A stretch of 64,000 bases of DNA from NCBI GenBank assembly GCA_951406725.2, contig CATOCA020000001.1, forward strand, positions 744,001 through 808,000. Direction: 5' to 3'. Source of the stretch: Octopus vulgaris. Taxonomy: Eukaryota. The notes beneath the pieces were generated by a model that saw only the letters and a program-made list of their open reading frames with translations, was not told where the DNA came from and made no database searches. Each line of letters starts with the position of its first letter. The first letter of the stretch is position 1. This document shows, piece by piece, positions 29,401 to 41,419 of this stretch. A program made the position numbers and the translations under genes.

Positions 29401-30288
29401 AAAATGGAATACTGGTGGAATGTACCTGTGACGACCGCAATAAAATGTAAGCACAACGGACGTAAAAATATGCTTTGGGATACAGAATAGAAAATGTGTA
29501 CAGTTGTGGAAATCAGCTGCCCAGCGGACGTTAACATAAAGCTGAAGATCAGTGAAAAAGAGAACACCTATACTGAACTATTGAGAAATCTGCAGTTACT
29601 CTATCCAGATTACATGTTCAGGTATATGGCTGTAATTGTTGTGGCCATGGGATATGTAACACACTGCCTAAATACAAATCTTGAGAAATTAGTCTTCTCA
29701 AAACCAGAAAGGAGAAAGCTAATTCGAGGACTACAGATCCAATCCATCACGGGAACTATAAAAGTCTGTAAAAGTTTCCCAGAAGTTTATCATGTAAATA
29801 TATCCGAACATGTCTAGATATGCAACTACATGCATGAGAATACATACATAAAACACAAATCTTCACATACATGCATACATACATGTATATACATTTATAT
29901 ACACAAACACACATGCAGACGATATCTCTTTAAGTATCGTAGCCAGTTGACAACAGTGAGAGAGGTTTTAATTACAAGAGAACAAATTAATTAGTTATAA
30001 ATATACAAACCGTTCTTCAAATTAGTTTATGACATTAATATATTCCTCACTTATCAAATCTCAACAATTCTTCATTTTATTATATTTTTCAGTGATGCAG
30101 AAGAACAATTGCTTGTTTGGTTCATGTTCTTCAACTAGATTTGGTATCCTATGGCATTACATCTCAGCTATAATGAGATGGTTTTAACATACAGGTTGAC
30201 AATTGTAATATATTTACCTATGTTGGTGTATTTTATGGATTTGAGGAGAAATATATTCATGTGTGTGTGTGTGTGCGTGATATATACA

Positions 30289-30362
<74 letters not shown>

Positions 30363-30365
30363 TAC

Positions 30366-30407
<42 letters not shown>

Positions 30408-31293
30408 CAAAAGATAATTTTTTTGTGATATATTTGGATTAATTTCATAATAATCTTGTACACATTTCGTATAATCTAGTCATTAAAAATGGTATTGTCT
30501 GTGGTGGTGGTCAGCTGAACTGTCTCCACACCATTACCATTACTATTATTATCATGTTCCTCCACAGACCCAAGACCTATCATTTAAAGGTTAGTGGGGT
30601 ACAGCTGACTAAATCTACACCCAGTATTTCACTGGTACTTTGATGATGTTAATATTGACCAAATCATTAAAATACAAGAGAGTATATATAATATGTTTAT
30701 ATTAACTAACCTGGGATAGCAGCAATGCCACCACATCACAGCTTTGTCTGAAAGTTATACAAAGAAGAAAGAAAATTATAAAAAAATACGAAAATCATAG
30801 AGGTTGAGATAATTAATAATTATTAGGTCTTTAATTTATGAAAACAGATTTAATGAGCTACCTACAACCTGTTTACATCAATAATTATATAGACACGCAT
30901 AAATATAATCGATATATACACTCTAACCAGTTGATTAATCATATATATATACATCTTAATAAACACCACAATGTTTTCTATGGTACAACGAACAACAAGT
31001 TGACCTCAGCAGGATTTGAACTCAGGATACAAAGGGTCGTAAATAAATAACACAAGGTATCGTATCCAGCAGTAACCAGAAACAGGAAGAGGTTAGAATC
31101 CTTGAATATTACTGTTTGATATTAAATGAACCCCTAGATATCACTGGTATAGATTATATCGACCTCAGAGTGACAATAGATACTCTGGAATTATTTCAGT
31201 TTGGAACATAAACAGTAAATCCTTGTAGGGGATGATTCTGTATTTAACCCTGGGTCAGAGGAAAGAGGGACATTACAAGAGAGGAAGAGAGAG

Positions 31294-31353
<60 letters not shown>

Positions 31354-34215
31354 GGGAGGGAGGGAGGGAGAAGTATGGTGTTTTATGTGGAGTAAAAGTA
31401 AGAGAGAGGATTTGAACATGTGATGTTGTGGTAATGGAGAATGAGATGAAGTGAAAGATCTAGTCAGGGACAGCAACAAGAACAACAATAACAACAAGAA
31501 CAACAATAACAAGAATTATGGCGGTGATTACTGAATAAAGTAGATGGTAGTGTCATTACAGTAAGAGAGAGAGAGAGAGAAGAAGAAGGATGACCCATGA
31601 TGCTGACTCACCTTAGAACTGCCTGATGGAGTAGTGTGTTACCAGATTTATCTCTTTTATAGTAATCAATGCTCGGATGCTGCAGTAAGAGATTAACTGT
31701 ATCCGCGTGTCCCTTGTCCCAGGCCTGGTGGAGTGGTGTGTACCCATTGATAGCCTCAGTATTTACATCAATAGCAGGGTGCTTCAGTAAATGCTTAACT
31801 GTCTCTATGTGTCCCTTGACACAGGCCCGGTGTAGTGGTGTGCACTGATTGCTATCCTTAGCATTTACATCAATATCAGAGTGCTTCAGTAGATGTTTAA
31901 CTGTCTCCGGGTGTGTCTTGTCACAGGCCCGGTGTAGTGGTGTGTCCTGATTGCTATCCTTAGCATTTACATCAATATCAGAGTGCTGCAGTAAAAGATT
32001 AACTGTTTCTGTGTGTCCATACCAACAGGCCCGGTGAAGGGGTGTGTACTGATCGCTATTCTTAGCATTTACATCAATATCAGAGTGCTGCAGTAGATGT
32101 TTAACTGTCTCCGTGTGTCCCTCGACACAGGCCATGTATAGTGGTGTGTACTGATCGCTATCCTTAGCATTTACATCAATATCAGAGTGCTGCAGTAGAT
32201 GTTTAACTGTCCCTGCGTGTCCCTTGTCACAGGCCCGGTGTAGTGGTGTGTCCTGATTGCTATCCTTAGCATTTACATCAATATCAGAGTGCTGCAGTAG
32301 ATGCTTAACTGTCTCCGTGTCTCCCGTGACACAGGCCCGGTGTAGTGGTGTGCACTGATCGCTATCCATAGCATTTACATCAATATCAGAGTGCTGCAGT
32401 AGATGCTTAACTGTCTCCGTGTGTCCCTCGACACAGGCCCGGTGTAGTGGTGTGCACTGATTGCTATCCTTAGCATTTACATCAATATCAGAGTGCTTGC
32501 AGTAGATGCTTAACTGTCTCCGTGTGTCCCTCGACACAGGCCCGGTGTAGTGGTGTGCACTGATCGCTATCCTTAGCATTTACATCAATATCAGAGTGCT
32601 GCAGTAGATGTTTAACTGTCTCCGTGTGTCCCGTGAGACAGGCCACGTATAGTGGTGTGTACTGATCGCTATCCTTAGCATTTACATCAATATCAGAGTG
32701 CTGCAGTAGATGTTTAACTTTGTCCGTGTCTCCCGTGACACAGGCCCGGTGTAGTGGTGTGTACTGATTGCTATCCTTAGCATTTACATCAATATCAGAG
32801 TGCTGCAGTAGATGTTTAATTGTCTCCGTGTCTCCCGTGACACAGACCCGGTGTAGTGGTGTGTACTGATCTCTATCCTTAGCATTTACATCAATAGCAG
32901 AGTGCTGCAGTAGATGTTTAATTGTCTCCGTGTGTCCCTCGACACAGGCCCGGTGTAGTGGTGTGCACTGATTGCTATCCTTAGCATTTACATCAATATC
33001 AGAATGCTTCAGTAGATGTTTAACTGTCTCCGTGTGTCCCGTGAGACAGGCCACGTATAGTGGTGTGTACTGATCGCTATCCTTAGCATTTACATCAATA
33101 TCAGAGTGCTTCAGTAGATGTTTAACTGTCTCCGTGTGTCCCTCGACACAGTTCCGGTGTAGTGGTGTGCACTGATCGCTATCCTTAGCATTTACATCAA
33201 TATCAGAGTGCTGCAGTAGATGCTTAACTGTCTCCGTGTGTCCCTCGACACAGGCCCGGTGTAGTGGTGTGCACTGATTGCTATCCTTAGCATTTACATC
33301 AATATCAGAGTGCTGCAGTAGATGTTTAACTGTCTCCGTGTCTCCCGTGACACAGGCCCGGTGTAGTGGTGTGCACTGATTGCTATCCTTAGCATTTACA
33401 TCAATATCAGAGTGCTGCAGTAGATGCTTAACTGTCTCTGTGTGTCCCGTGACACAGGCCCGGTGTAGTGGTGTGTACTGTTTGCTATCCTTAGCATTTA
33501 CATCAATATCAGACTGCTGCAGTAGATGTTTAACTGTCTCCGTGTGTCCCGTGACACAGGCCCGGTGTAGTGGTGTGTACTGATCGCTATCCTTAGCATT
33601 TACATCAATAGCAGAGTGCTGCAGTAGATGTTTAATTGTCTCCGTGTCTCCCGTGACACAGGCCCGGTGTAGTGGTGTGCACTGATTGCTATCCTTAGCA
33701 TTTACATCAATATCAGAGTGCTGCAGTAGATGCTTAACTGTCTCTGTGTGTCCCGTGACACAGGCCCGGTGTAGTGGTGTGTACTGTTTGCTATCCTTAG
33801 CATTTACATCAATAGCAGAGTGCTGCAGTAGATGTTTAACTGTCTCCGTGTGTCCCTCGACACAGTTCCGGTGTAGTGGTGTGCACTGATCGCTATCCTT
33901 AGCATTTACATCAATATCAGAGTGCTGCAGTAGATGCTTAACTGTCTCCGTGTGTCCCTCGACACAGGTCCGGTGTAGTGGTGTGCACTGATTGCTATCC
34001 TTAGCATTTACATCAATAGCAGAGTGCTTCAGTAGATGTTTAACTGTCTCTGCGTGTCCCTTGTCACATGCCCGGTGTAGGGGTGTGTACTGATCTTTAT
34101 TCAGAGCATTTACATCAATGCCAGGCTGCTGCAACAGATGTTCAGCAATTTCTGTTTGTCCGAGAGCACAGGCCAGATGTAGTAGTGTGTCACCATCTCT
34201 ATTTTGTTGATTTAT
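19289..34215 (-). CDS. Multi-exon gene: ankyrin-repeat array + C3HC4 RING + death domain protein (C-terminal half resembles MIB-type Ank-RING E3 ligases); 5' end not located; one +1 frameshift near 32498
   Basis: Seven exons with canonical AG/GT boundaries and matching intron phases (2,0,0,2,1,1). Summed length 2603+37+210+179+143+72+203=3447 nt (1148 aa + stop) after removing one base. Domains continue correctly across the splice junctions. Confidence 0.88.
19958..20258 (-). mobile_element. Full-length tRNA-derived SINE in the last intron
   Basis: Same family as 16372-16672; box B GGTTCGAATC. Confidence 0.8.
21559..21630 (-). CDS. Death domain exon 1 ([25 protein letters not shown])
   Basis: tttatttcag|GG acceptor; GTT G|GTGAGT donor; 72 nt, phase 1-1. 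The L..VA..LG..W..VG motif matches death-domain helices 1-2. Confidence 0.88.
22429..22885. repeat. Intronic minisatellite, about 57-bp unit x about 8
   Basis: Unit GATTATATATAACCTGACAAAGGGATATCTGACCATCATTATAATGATATCTATATA. Confidence 0.85.
24422..24564 (-). CDS. RING finger exon, C3HC4 (CLLC...[11 protein letters not shown]...CPKC)
   Basis: caacag|A TGT acceptor; TTC G|GTAAGA donor; all eight Zn ligands present with MIB/IAP-type spacing. Confidence 0.92.
25286..25464 (-). CDS. Exon with terminal ankyrin/linker ([59 protein letters not shown])
   Basis: tttgtag|TAC acceptor; CCA TT|GTAAGT donor; 179 nt open frame. VACFLA.NGA...N.....PLDL resembles the last ankyrin of MIB-type ligases. Confidence 0.88.
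26780..26989 (-). CDS. Exon with two divergent ankyrin repeats ([20 protein letters not shown]...GNNCLHLAV...VLDK)
   Basis: Pyrimidine tract + caaag|GAT acceptor; AAG|GTAAGT donor; 210 nt, phase 0-0. Confidence 0.9.
28410..29795 (+). mobile_element. Decayed R4/Dong-clade LINE 3' part (RT end, CCHC knuckle, restriction-like endonuclease), antisense in an intron
   Basis: YRYLGVDE; RGL motif; EGHAFAIQE; CRLC...HIISSC; RYDVVAR; VVEISCP...K..EK..Y; with stops and frameshifts. Confidence 0.8.
30711..30747 (-). CDS. 37-nt exon completing an ankyrin repeat ([13 protein letters not shown])
   Basis: tttcag|A CAA AGC...TCC CAG|GTTAGT; phase 2 in, phase 0 out; completes [11 protein letters not shown] with ankyrin helix 2. 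Confidence 0.85.
31612..34215 (-). CDS. Giant ankyrin exon (about 26 ankyrin repeats; 24 tandem 102-bp/34-aa units at 31671-34119)
   Basis: Acceptor ttcttttcag|ATA AAT CAA and donor CTA AG|GTGAGT. Consensus [34 protein letters not shown]. ORFs 32488..34284 and 31608..32579 are joined by a 1-nt insertion. Confidence 0.95.
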
Positions 34216-35654
34216 CTGAAAAGAAATAACAATAAAGAATCTAAAATTTGTGGCTAGGAAAGGAAAGGTAGAAGCCTTAAACAATTCTCAGAAACAGAAG
34301 ATAAAGTATTCGAGTCATACACAGGAGGAATGATGCGTTTCTAGGGGTGAGTAATGAAATGAGATTTGTATTGTATTAATAGACAGGTACACTCACAGGT
34401 ATAGATAGAAACATATACATTTGAGTGTATCGATAATACACAAACTCATATATTTATAATCTCTTCCTCTCAGTGTTGTAGCAAAGGATTGTGTCTAGAT
34501 AATGGAAAGAAGTGAAGAGAGTGTGTAGTGGGGATTGATCTAATCTCATCAAAGATTTGATGTTTTCATATATTTGACAGAACAACGAATTGGTATAACT
34601 CCTGACGTCCAAAAGAACTTTCAACTGTGTATGCCAAGAGAACGTCATGACAAAGTCACCATCCATCTACTGGCTTCATCTGTCTCTCATCTCTTAACTG
34701 AATATTTCCTGCCAGAATACTCCGTTGCAGTGTGTGATGACAGGCTTCTCTCTCACTCACATTCCATCAACTCTGACATGCTTCATGATTTGGTTAAATT
34801 TTCATAAACTCTAATGATAATGAGAATTAGAAGGTGGGGGTGAAGGAAGGAATGAAATATCATGGACAAATATATGTGGTTAGTTAGGAACACAGGTGTG
34901 TATAAAATAACAATCAACTTTGAGAAGGTAATAAACAGAACCACTTACTTTATGTGAATTTAGTTCAATATATTCTTTAATATATTGAGTGTCACTAAGC
35001 AAAAGTTTACTTATATTCTCATCAAATTCCATCTTTTAAAGGAAATATGCTAGAAAAAGAAAGAAATCAAAAGTTTCAAAACTTTATAAAATGAGGTAAA
35101 CAACAATATAAAGAAGACTGTGTTTCTCAAATTTCTCATAAAATATTACAAAAATTGGAAACTTCAATTTATCTAAAGTATTATTTACATCTGAATGTTC
35201 TTCCTGGCACTAATAAACCTAACAACAGTCATTGTGTTGTGTCTCTTGGTCAGCTACATTACTCTGCTTATTACAGTCTGATTGGTGACAATTAAACGCT
35301 GAATATTGGAATGTACAGTCTGTTGGTCAGTCAGGTGGAGATACTGTTCATGTTGAGCTTGGGTTTGTGGATCATACCTCAGCTAAGTGAAGACAATGTA
35401 TACCTTACGCTATAGATCATTCCTCAGAGAGGTGTAAATACAGTACCCTTTGAGCTGAGGGCCTATGGATAATACCTTGTTATTCAACTCACTGATTATG
35501 GGCCAGAGGTGGGTTTGATGAGAACTTACCTGGAGCTACTCAACAACAAATTCCAACAACTCAGAAGTGATGGAAACAGTCATAAACAACCAAATTCTTT
35601 ATCAATTTCGATATCATTTTCTATTCTGCGACCACCACTGTGGTTCGGTATTTT

Positions 35655-37360
35655 CAACACACGTAAACCTCTGTACTTGCCTTTTGTTAATTTCGAGAAT
35701 TCCTTTGAAAGCGACCCCCACTCCCTTATCTGGCGGTCAATGAAAACACTAGGGATAGACGAGTGATTGGCGATAGCTGTACAAAACCTCTACAGAGATG
35801 CTGCCGATATGGTGAGGTTTGGCAACGAATATAGTGAAGAATTCCGGGTCGAAGCAGGGGTTAACCAAGGATCAGTCCTCATCTCCCTCTGATTCATCGT
35901 AGTCCTCCTAGCAATAACTGAGGAAGTCAAGAGAGGCTGACCCTGGAGATCGTCTATGTTGATGACCTTGCTCTAATAGCTGAGTCACTACCAGGACTAG
36001 AGATGAAGTTTCAGGTGTGGAAGCAAGGTCTAGAATCGAAGGGCGTAGAGTCAAGCTAAGAAAAACCAAAGTCCTAATAAGTATAAAGGCAGACACATCA
36101 TGAACCTCTTCAGATAGATGGCCCTACTTGATCCGTAGAAAAGGTGTAGGTAGAAACTCCTTAAGATGTACCCGGTGTAAGCTACACTCATATATGAGGT
36201 GCAGCAATGTCAAATGGAGGTTAACTAGGAAGATAGTGTTTGTGAGGCAGATACCCAGGGCCAACAAAACACCGAAGAAATACGGAGAACAGATTCGATC
36301 ACGTCAGGGGAAAAAACTAGAAGTAGTTGATAGCTTCCACTACCTAGGCGACCAAATCTGTAGTTGCTCGGGGAGAGTAGTTGCTAGAATAAGAATAGCG
36401 TGGACAAAGTTCAGAAAGCTCCTACCTCTGCCGGTAACAAAGGGCCAGTCACTCAGAGTGGAAGGGAGACTGTATGATGCATGTGTACGAACAGCCATGC
36501 TGTACGGCAGTGAAACATAGACCATGACTTCTGAGGACATGAGTAGGCTTGAAAGAAGTGAAGCTAGTGTGGTCCGCTGGATGTGTAATATCGGTGTGCA
36601 TACACGACAGGGTGTAAGCACCGTGAGAGAAAAGTTGGACTTAAGAAGCATCAGTTGTGGTGTGCAACGAGACAACCGCACTGGTATGGTTATGTTATGC
36701 GTATGGATGAAGACAGCTGTATGAAGAAGTGTAACCTCTTAATAGTGGAAGGAACCTGTGGAAGTGGTAGACCCAGGAAGACATGAGATGAGGGGGTGAA
36801 GCACGACCTTTGTACGTTGGGCTTCACAGAGCCAATGGCAAACGACCAAGGCCTTTGGAGTTATGGTGTGATTGAGAGGACCCGGCAAGTAAAGTGAGAT
36901 CGCGGCTGTGGCTGATGCCTACTTTGCATAACCGGCTCATTAAAAAGTATCCTTTAATTGTCGGGCGATGTGATGTGCCTGAGAAGACCTGTTGAGTCAA
37001 GTGAAATCGAAATTATAGTCATGGCCAATGCCGCCTGAGTGGTACCCTTGCTGGTGGAACGTAATAAGCACCATTCGAACGTGGATCAATGCCAGTGCAG
37101 CCTGATCGACTCCCTGTACCGGTGGCACGTAAAAAGCACCATACAAAATTGATTGGTCGATTCCAGTACTCCAGACTGGCTCATGTTCCGGTGGTAGGTA
37201 GAAGGCACCCACTATACTCTGGGACTGGTTGGGATTATGAAGGGTATCCAGCTGTAGACACCTTGCTAGATCTGATTGGAGCCCGGTGCAGCCTCCTGAC
37301 TTGTCAGCCCTCAGTTAAATCGACCAACCCATGCCAGCTGGGAAAGCAGACGTTAAACGA
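35655..37360 (+). mobile_element. 5'-truncated decayed RTE-clade LINE (RT domain to 3' tail)
   Basis: PLYLPFVNFENSF, GVNQGSVL, YVDDL, VDSFHYLG, RLYDACVRTAMLYGSET, GRPRKT. Confidence 0.85.
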
Positions 37361-38341
37361 CGACGACGACGATGATGATGAAGGTGATGATGACGCATAT
37401 GCTTTTCGGTTATTTCTTCATGTTAGTCAGTATCAGAAAGCATCACCCAAGAATGAAGTTTGCTCAACATATCAGAAGATGAGATCAATAAATATTTTAA
37501 TTACCAAGAATATTATGTTATTAAAATATATTTTATAATGAAGGATCCATCACATAGTATGAGATAATAATTTATTTATTTATAGAATGGATTAAGATAC
37601 AAAATACTTAATCCTTGAAGTAAACTTCAGACACAAGATTTACAACAATATTAAAGCTTGAGTTGATAGAATTCTTAGGCTGCCGGACAAAATGCTTAAT
37701 GGCATTTCTTCCGATTTTACATTCTGAGCTAAAATGCTGTCAGGCTTCAGTTTGCCTTTCATACTTTTGGATGGAATAATTACCAGTACATGTAATCGAC
37801 TTGACCCCCTTCCTCCGAATTCCTGGCCTTGTGCCAAATCTTGAGACAAATATTAAAGCATGAAATTTGGAAGACAAGGAAAGATTATTTGTTCTTCAGG
37901 TCATCCGTCTTCTAGATCATTCTTGACATGACAGAAATATAGAAAGAACACAAGAAAGGAATAAAAAAAGATATTGATACCATAAAAGAAGAGAAATTTG
38001 GAGAAATTAATAAAAGAATCGATAGAAAATGGTTCATGTGCAATAAACCTTTCAGGATTCATCTTTGATTTGATCTCATCTACTTTGTTTCTAGTCTGAA
38101 CCACACCACCAACAAGTGACACTATAGAGTTTCATAAAAAATATCTTTAAAGCTATTAATATAAGATGGATAATTGTTTCATAAATTTTCACACATACAC
38201 ACACGTATGTATATATGTGCGTATATGTATTACAGATGTATCGTAGGTAGTTTTTAGTTCAGTGCCAAGGCGTGGCACACTGGGCAAGGGTATATAGGCA
38301 CACACACACACACACACACGTACCTGTGTTTATACCTGACT

Positions 38342-38401
<60 letters not shown>

Positions 38402-38703
38402 GTGCGTGTGTGTGTATGTGTGTGTGTGTGCTTGTTTGTTTACGTTTTGTATCTCTGAAAATTATCCAGCTCAGAATAATAATGTTCTTATTATCTTCAT
38501 TATTAGCAAAAGGACATTTGACAGAAGTGATCCCTTACTTGAGCACCAGATAAAGATTCGTGTTTGGAAGGGATCAAACTGCAAACTATGCCTTAATGAT
38601 GTATCCATCTAACCCCTGCTAGCAAAGCAGTATGAGAAAAAAAGTGTAAAAACAAATAACATATATATATATAAAATAACATATATAAATATAGGTACAT
38701 GCT

Positions 38704-38734
<31 letters not shown>

Positions 38735-38802
38735 ACATGCTTACATGTATATATATATATATATGGATATTTATATGTATGTATATGTATATGTATGTAT
38801 AT

Positions 38803-38840
<38 letters not shown>

Positions 38841-39028
38841 CGGAGTAAACACATAAATGTGAAACAAGGTGGAAAAAAGAGTACTCAAATACCAGTGTTA
38901 GAGTAATATGGTTTATTTAAAGCAGCAGAAAATTCAACAAAACTTGCTACTCTGAGTTTCACGTATACATGCATACATATGTATATGTATGAATATGTAT
39001 GTATATGCATATATATAATAAATATATA

Positions 39029-39131
<103 letters not shown>

Positions 39132-39434
39132 TAAAAACGGTAAGATAACAAAAGAAAGAAAGAGACCTCAATATTATGTAAATAGAGGAAATTTATCTGT
39201 AAACTAATATGTGACAATTATTCAATAGCCAAGATAAAACTCTGAGTTTCAGATGCCGAGGTGGAAATCCACAACACCATCTCTCCGGTTATCTGGCCAT
39301 CTATATTCTATGTTCTTTCTATATTTCTGTCATTTCAGATAACCGAAGAGATGGTGCTGTGGATTTCTCCCTCGGCATCCGAAACTCAGCATTATATCTT
39401 GGCTATTGGATAATTGTCACATATTATTTTACAG

Positions 39435-39471
<37 letters not shown>

Positions 39472-39474
39472 CAT

Positions 39475-39532
<58 letters not shown>

Positions 39533-40379
39533 GTATACGTATATACATACATATATACTGGCTTCATTCCCCCCACCTTTGCATGTCTCAGGTCTCTCTA
39601 GCGTGTAGCATTGCTGTTTGTATATATACATCGTAGAATCGTCCTTTCACCCGGCGAGAGAAACTTTTGGTTGCCAAGAGGTAAAGTCCGTCTGAATTTT
39701 CACTATTCTATTCTTATTCTAGCAATTACACTTTCCATACATCATCCCCCATTGCTAATTGGGCCCCTTAGAGAGCAGAAATTATTCACTATCTCTAAAG
39801 GGCTTCCGGGTGCGTATGAGAAAATCGATTTCCTGAGTATCTGTAGTTTTTATGACTCCTGTGCATCTTCCACATACCAGAACTACTTTCTCTTCTAAAC
39901 TTTATATTATCTTTCTGCACCTCATGTGTGTCCATAACTTACACAGGGTTCATCGCACGCAATTCCTGTCTACATTTACGATGGAATTAGGACCCTGTCT
40001 GTGTTTTTGTTTACAAGAAACTTAAATTTGAGACCCTTTGATTCCAACTAGAATTTCTTTTCTAATTCTGTTACAGAATCTTCCATGACAGTAAGATCAT
40101 CAGGGTTTAGCAGTTCCCAGGGGCTGTTGGTCTCAAATTCCTTTTATAGCCTGGAGGACAACGAGGAATAGGTGGGGACTGAGAGCCTAACCCTGATGAA
40201 CGCCTACGAGAATACTGAATTCATAACTATACTCATTGTTAACTCTCATCTTACTGACAGAAACTCTACACATGACCTGTGCAGCTTTCACAAGTCACTC
40301 GTCTACTCCTCGCTTTCTCAAAGCCCACTATATCACACAGTGGAGTCGTCATGTTTAATAAAAGATAATTTCTTTTCCT

Positions 40380-41100
40380 AAGTTCGAACATCCTTCGAAG
40401 TAGCCACCATGTTCAGCAATGCATCCGTCTCAGTGTCCCTGCAACTTTTGGAATCCGGGTTGCGTGTCGTGTTCCGTAAACGAGTCGAGGATCTTCTGCG
40501 ATTCGCTTTTCATTTCGACAACGGGGTCTAAACGGCGACCTTTGAACAATATTTACATCTTGCGGAAGAGATGGAAGTCAGCATGTGCTAAATCTGGCGA
40601 ATAGGTCGAGAGTGGAAGCAATACCATGTTGCTTTTGGCGAGAAAATCACGAGTGAGGAGAACTCGGCGACAGAGTGCATTGTCATCGTGAAGAATCCAC
40701 TTCTTCGCGCTCCACAGATCCGGACGCTTTCGCCGAATGTCTTCTTTCAAAAACTCTTCAAAACATTGCAGTAGAATTCTCGACTGACAGTCTGGCCCCG
40801 GGGCACGAATTCTTGATGCCCAATACTACATTTCCCAGGTTGATGCTTGTGCCAGGCCTTTCAGATCGCTCGTCATCTTCAAGATTGCTCATCGACTTCT
40901 AGGGACGTTCTTCCGCTTTTAAACATTGCGTACGACCTGGAAACCTGCCGTAGCAGACTTCCAAAATTTCACGTTGGCTTTTCGTTCTTGTTCTTGATAA
41001 AATCGCAGACTACAGAATGCATATGATCACAAAAGCTTGTGCTACTATCTGTTGGTGCAGTACAGAGCTAGTCTTGGAGCTTTTTGAGACCGGCTGGTAT
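40380..41100 (-). mobile_element. Decayed mariner (DD34D) transposon
   Basis: IRRKRPDLW...WILHDDNA...YSPDLAHADFHLF. Confidence 0.85.
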
Positions 41101-41419
41101 TTGTCTTTAAACATCTCATATGAAAGCTGTTCAGTTGACTGATATGCTTACGACAAAGTGTTCAGTTCTTTGCTTCGTATAAAAGAGTTTTTAGAGCAAC
41201 TGACTTTTATACGTTTATTTTCGTTCTGACTGAGGCCTCATGGGCACTCCAAAGTCAATCAAAAGGCCTCCAAAAGCTGTATTGGAGTTTGGGCCTCCCT
41301 GTCCTTTGTTACTATAGAACCCGAATATGTAAAAACACCAACTGTTTTCAGAGCTTTGCATTCAAAAACACGTTGGGAAAAATTTCTAGATTGTTACTAG
41401 GATCTGACTGATACAACAG

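Noticed and set aside
31671-34119. CRISPR-like or true TALE interpretation of the 102-bp array
   Set aside because: There are no unique spacers, and the units translate to unambiguous ankyrin TPLH repeats, not TALE repeats.
34216-34284. ORF-track N-terminus MFKASTFPF...
   Set aside because: Non-ATG start; the sequence is intronic, upstream of a strong acceptor.
38049-38620. Candidate upstream coding exons (about 38049-38095 and 38442-38618)
   Set aside because: Could not be joined in frame to the phase-0 acceptor at 34215 without stops; the start codon remains unresolved.
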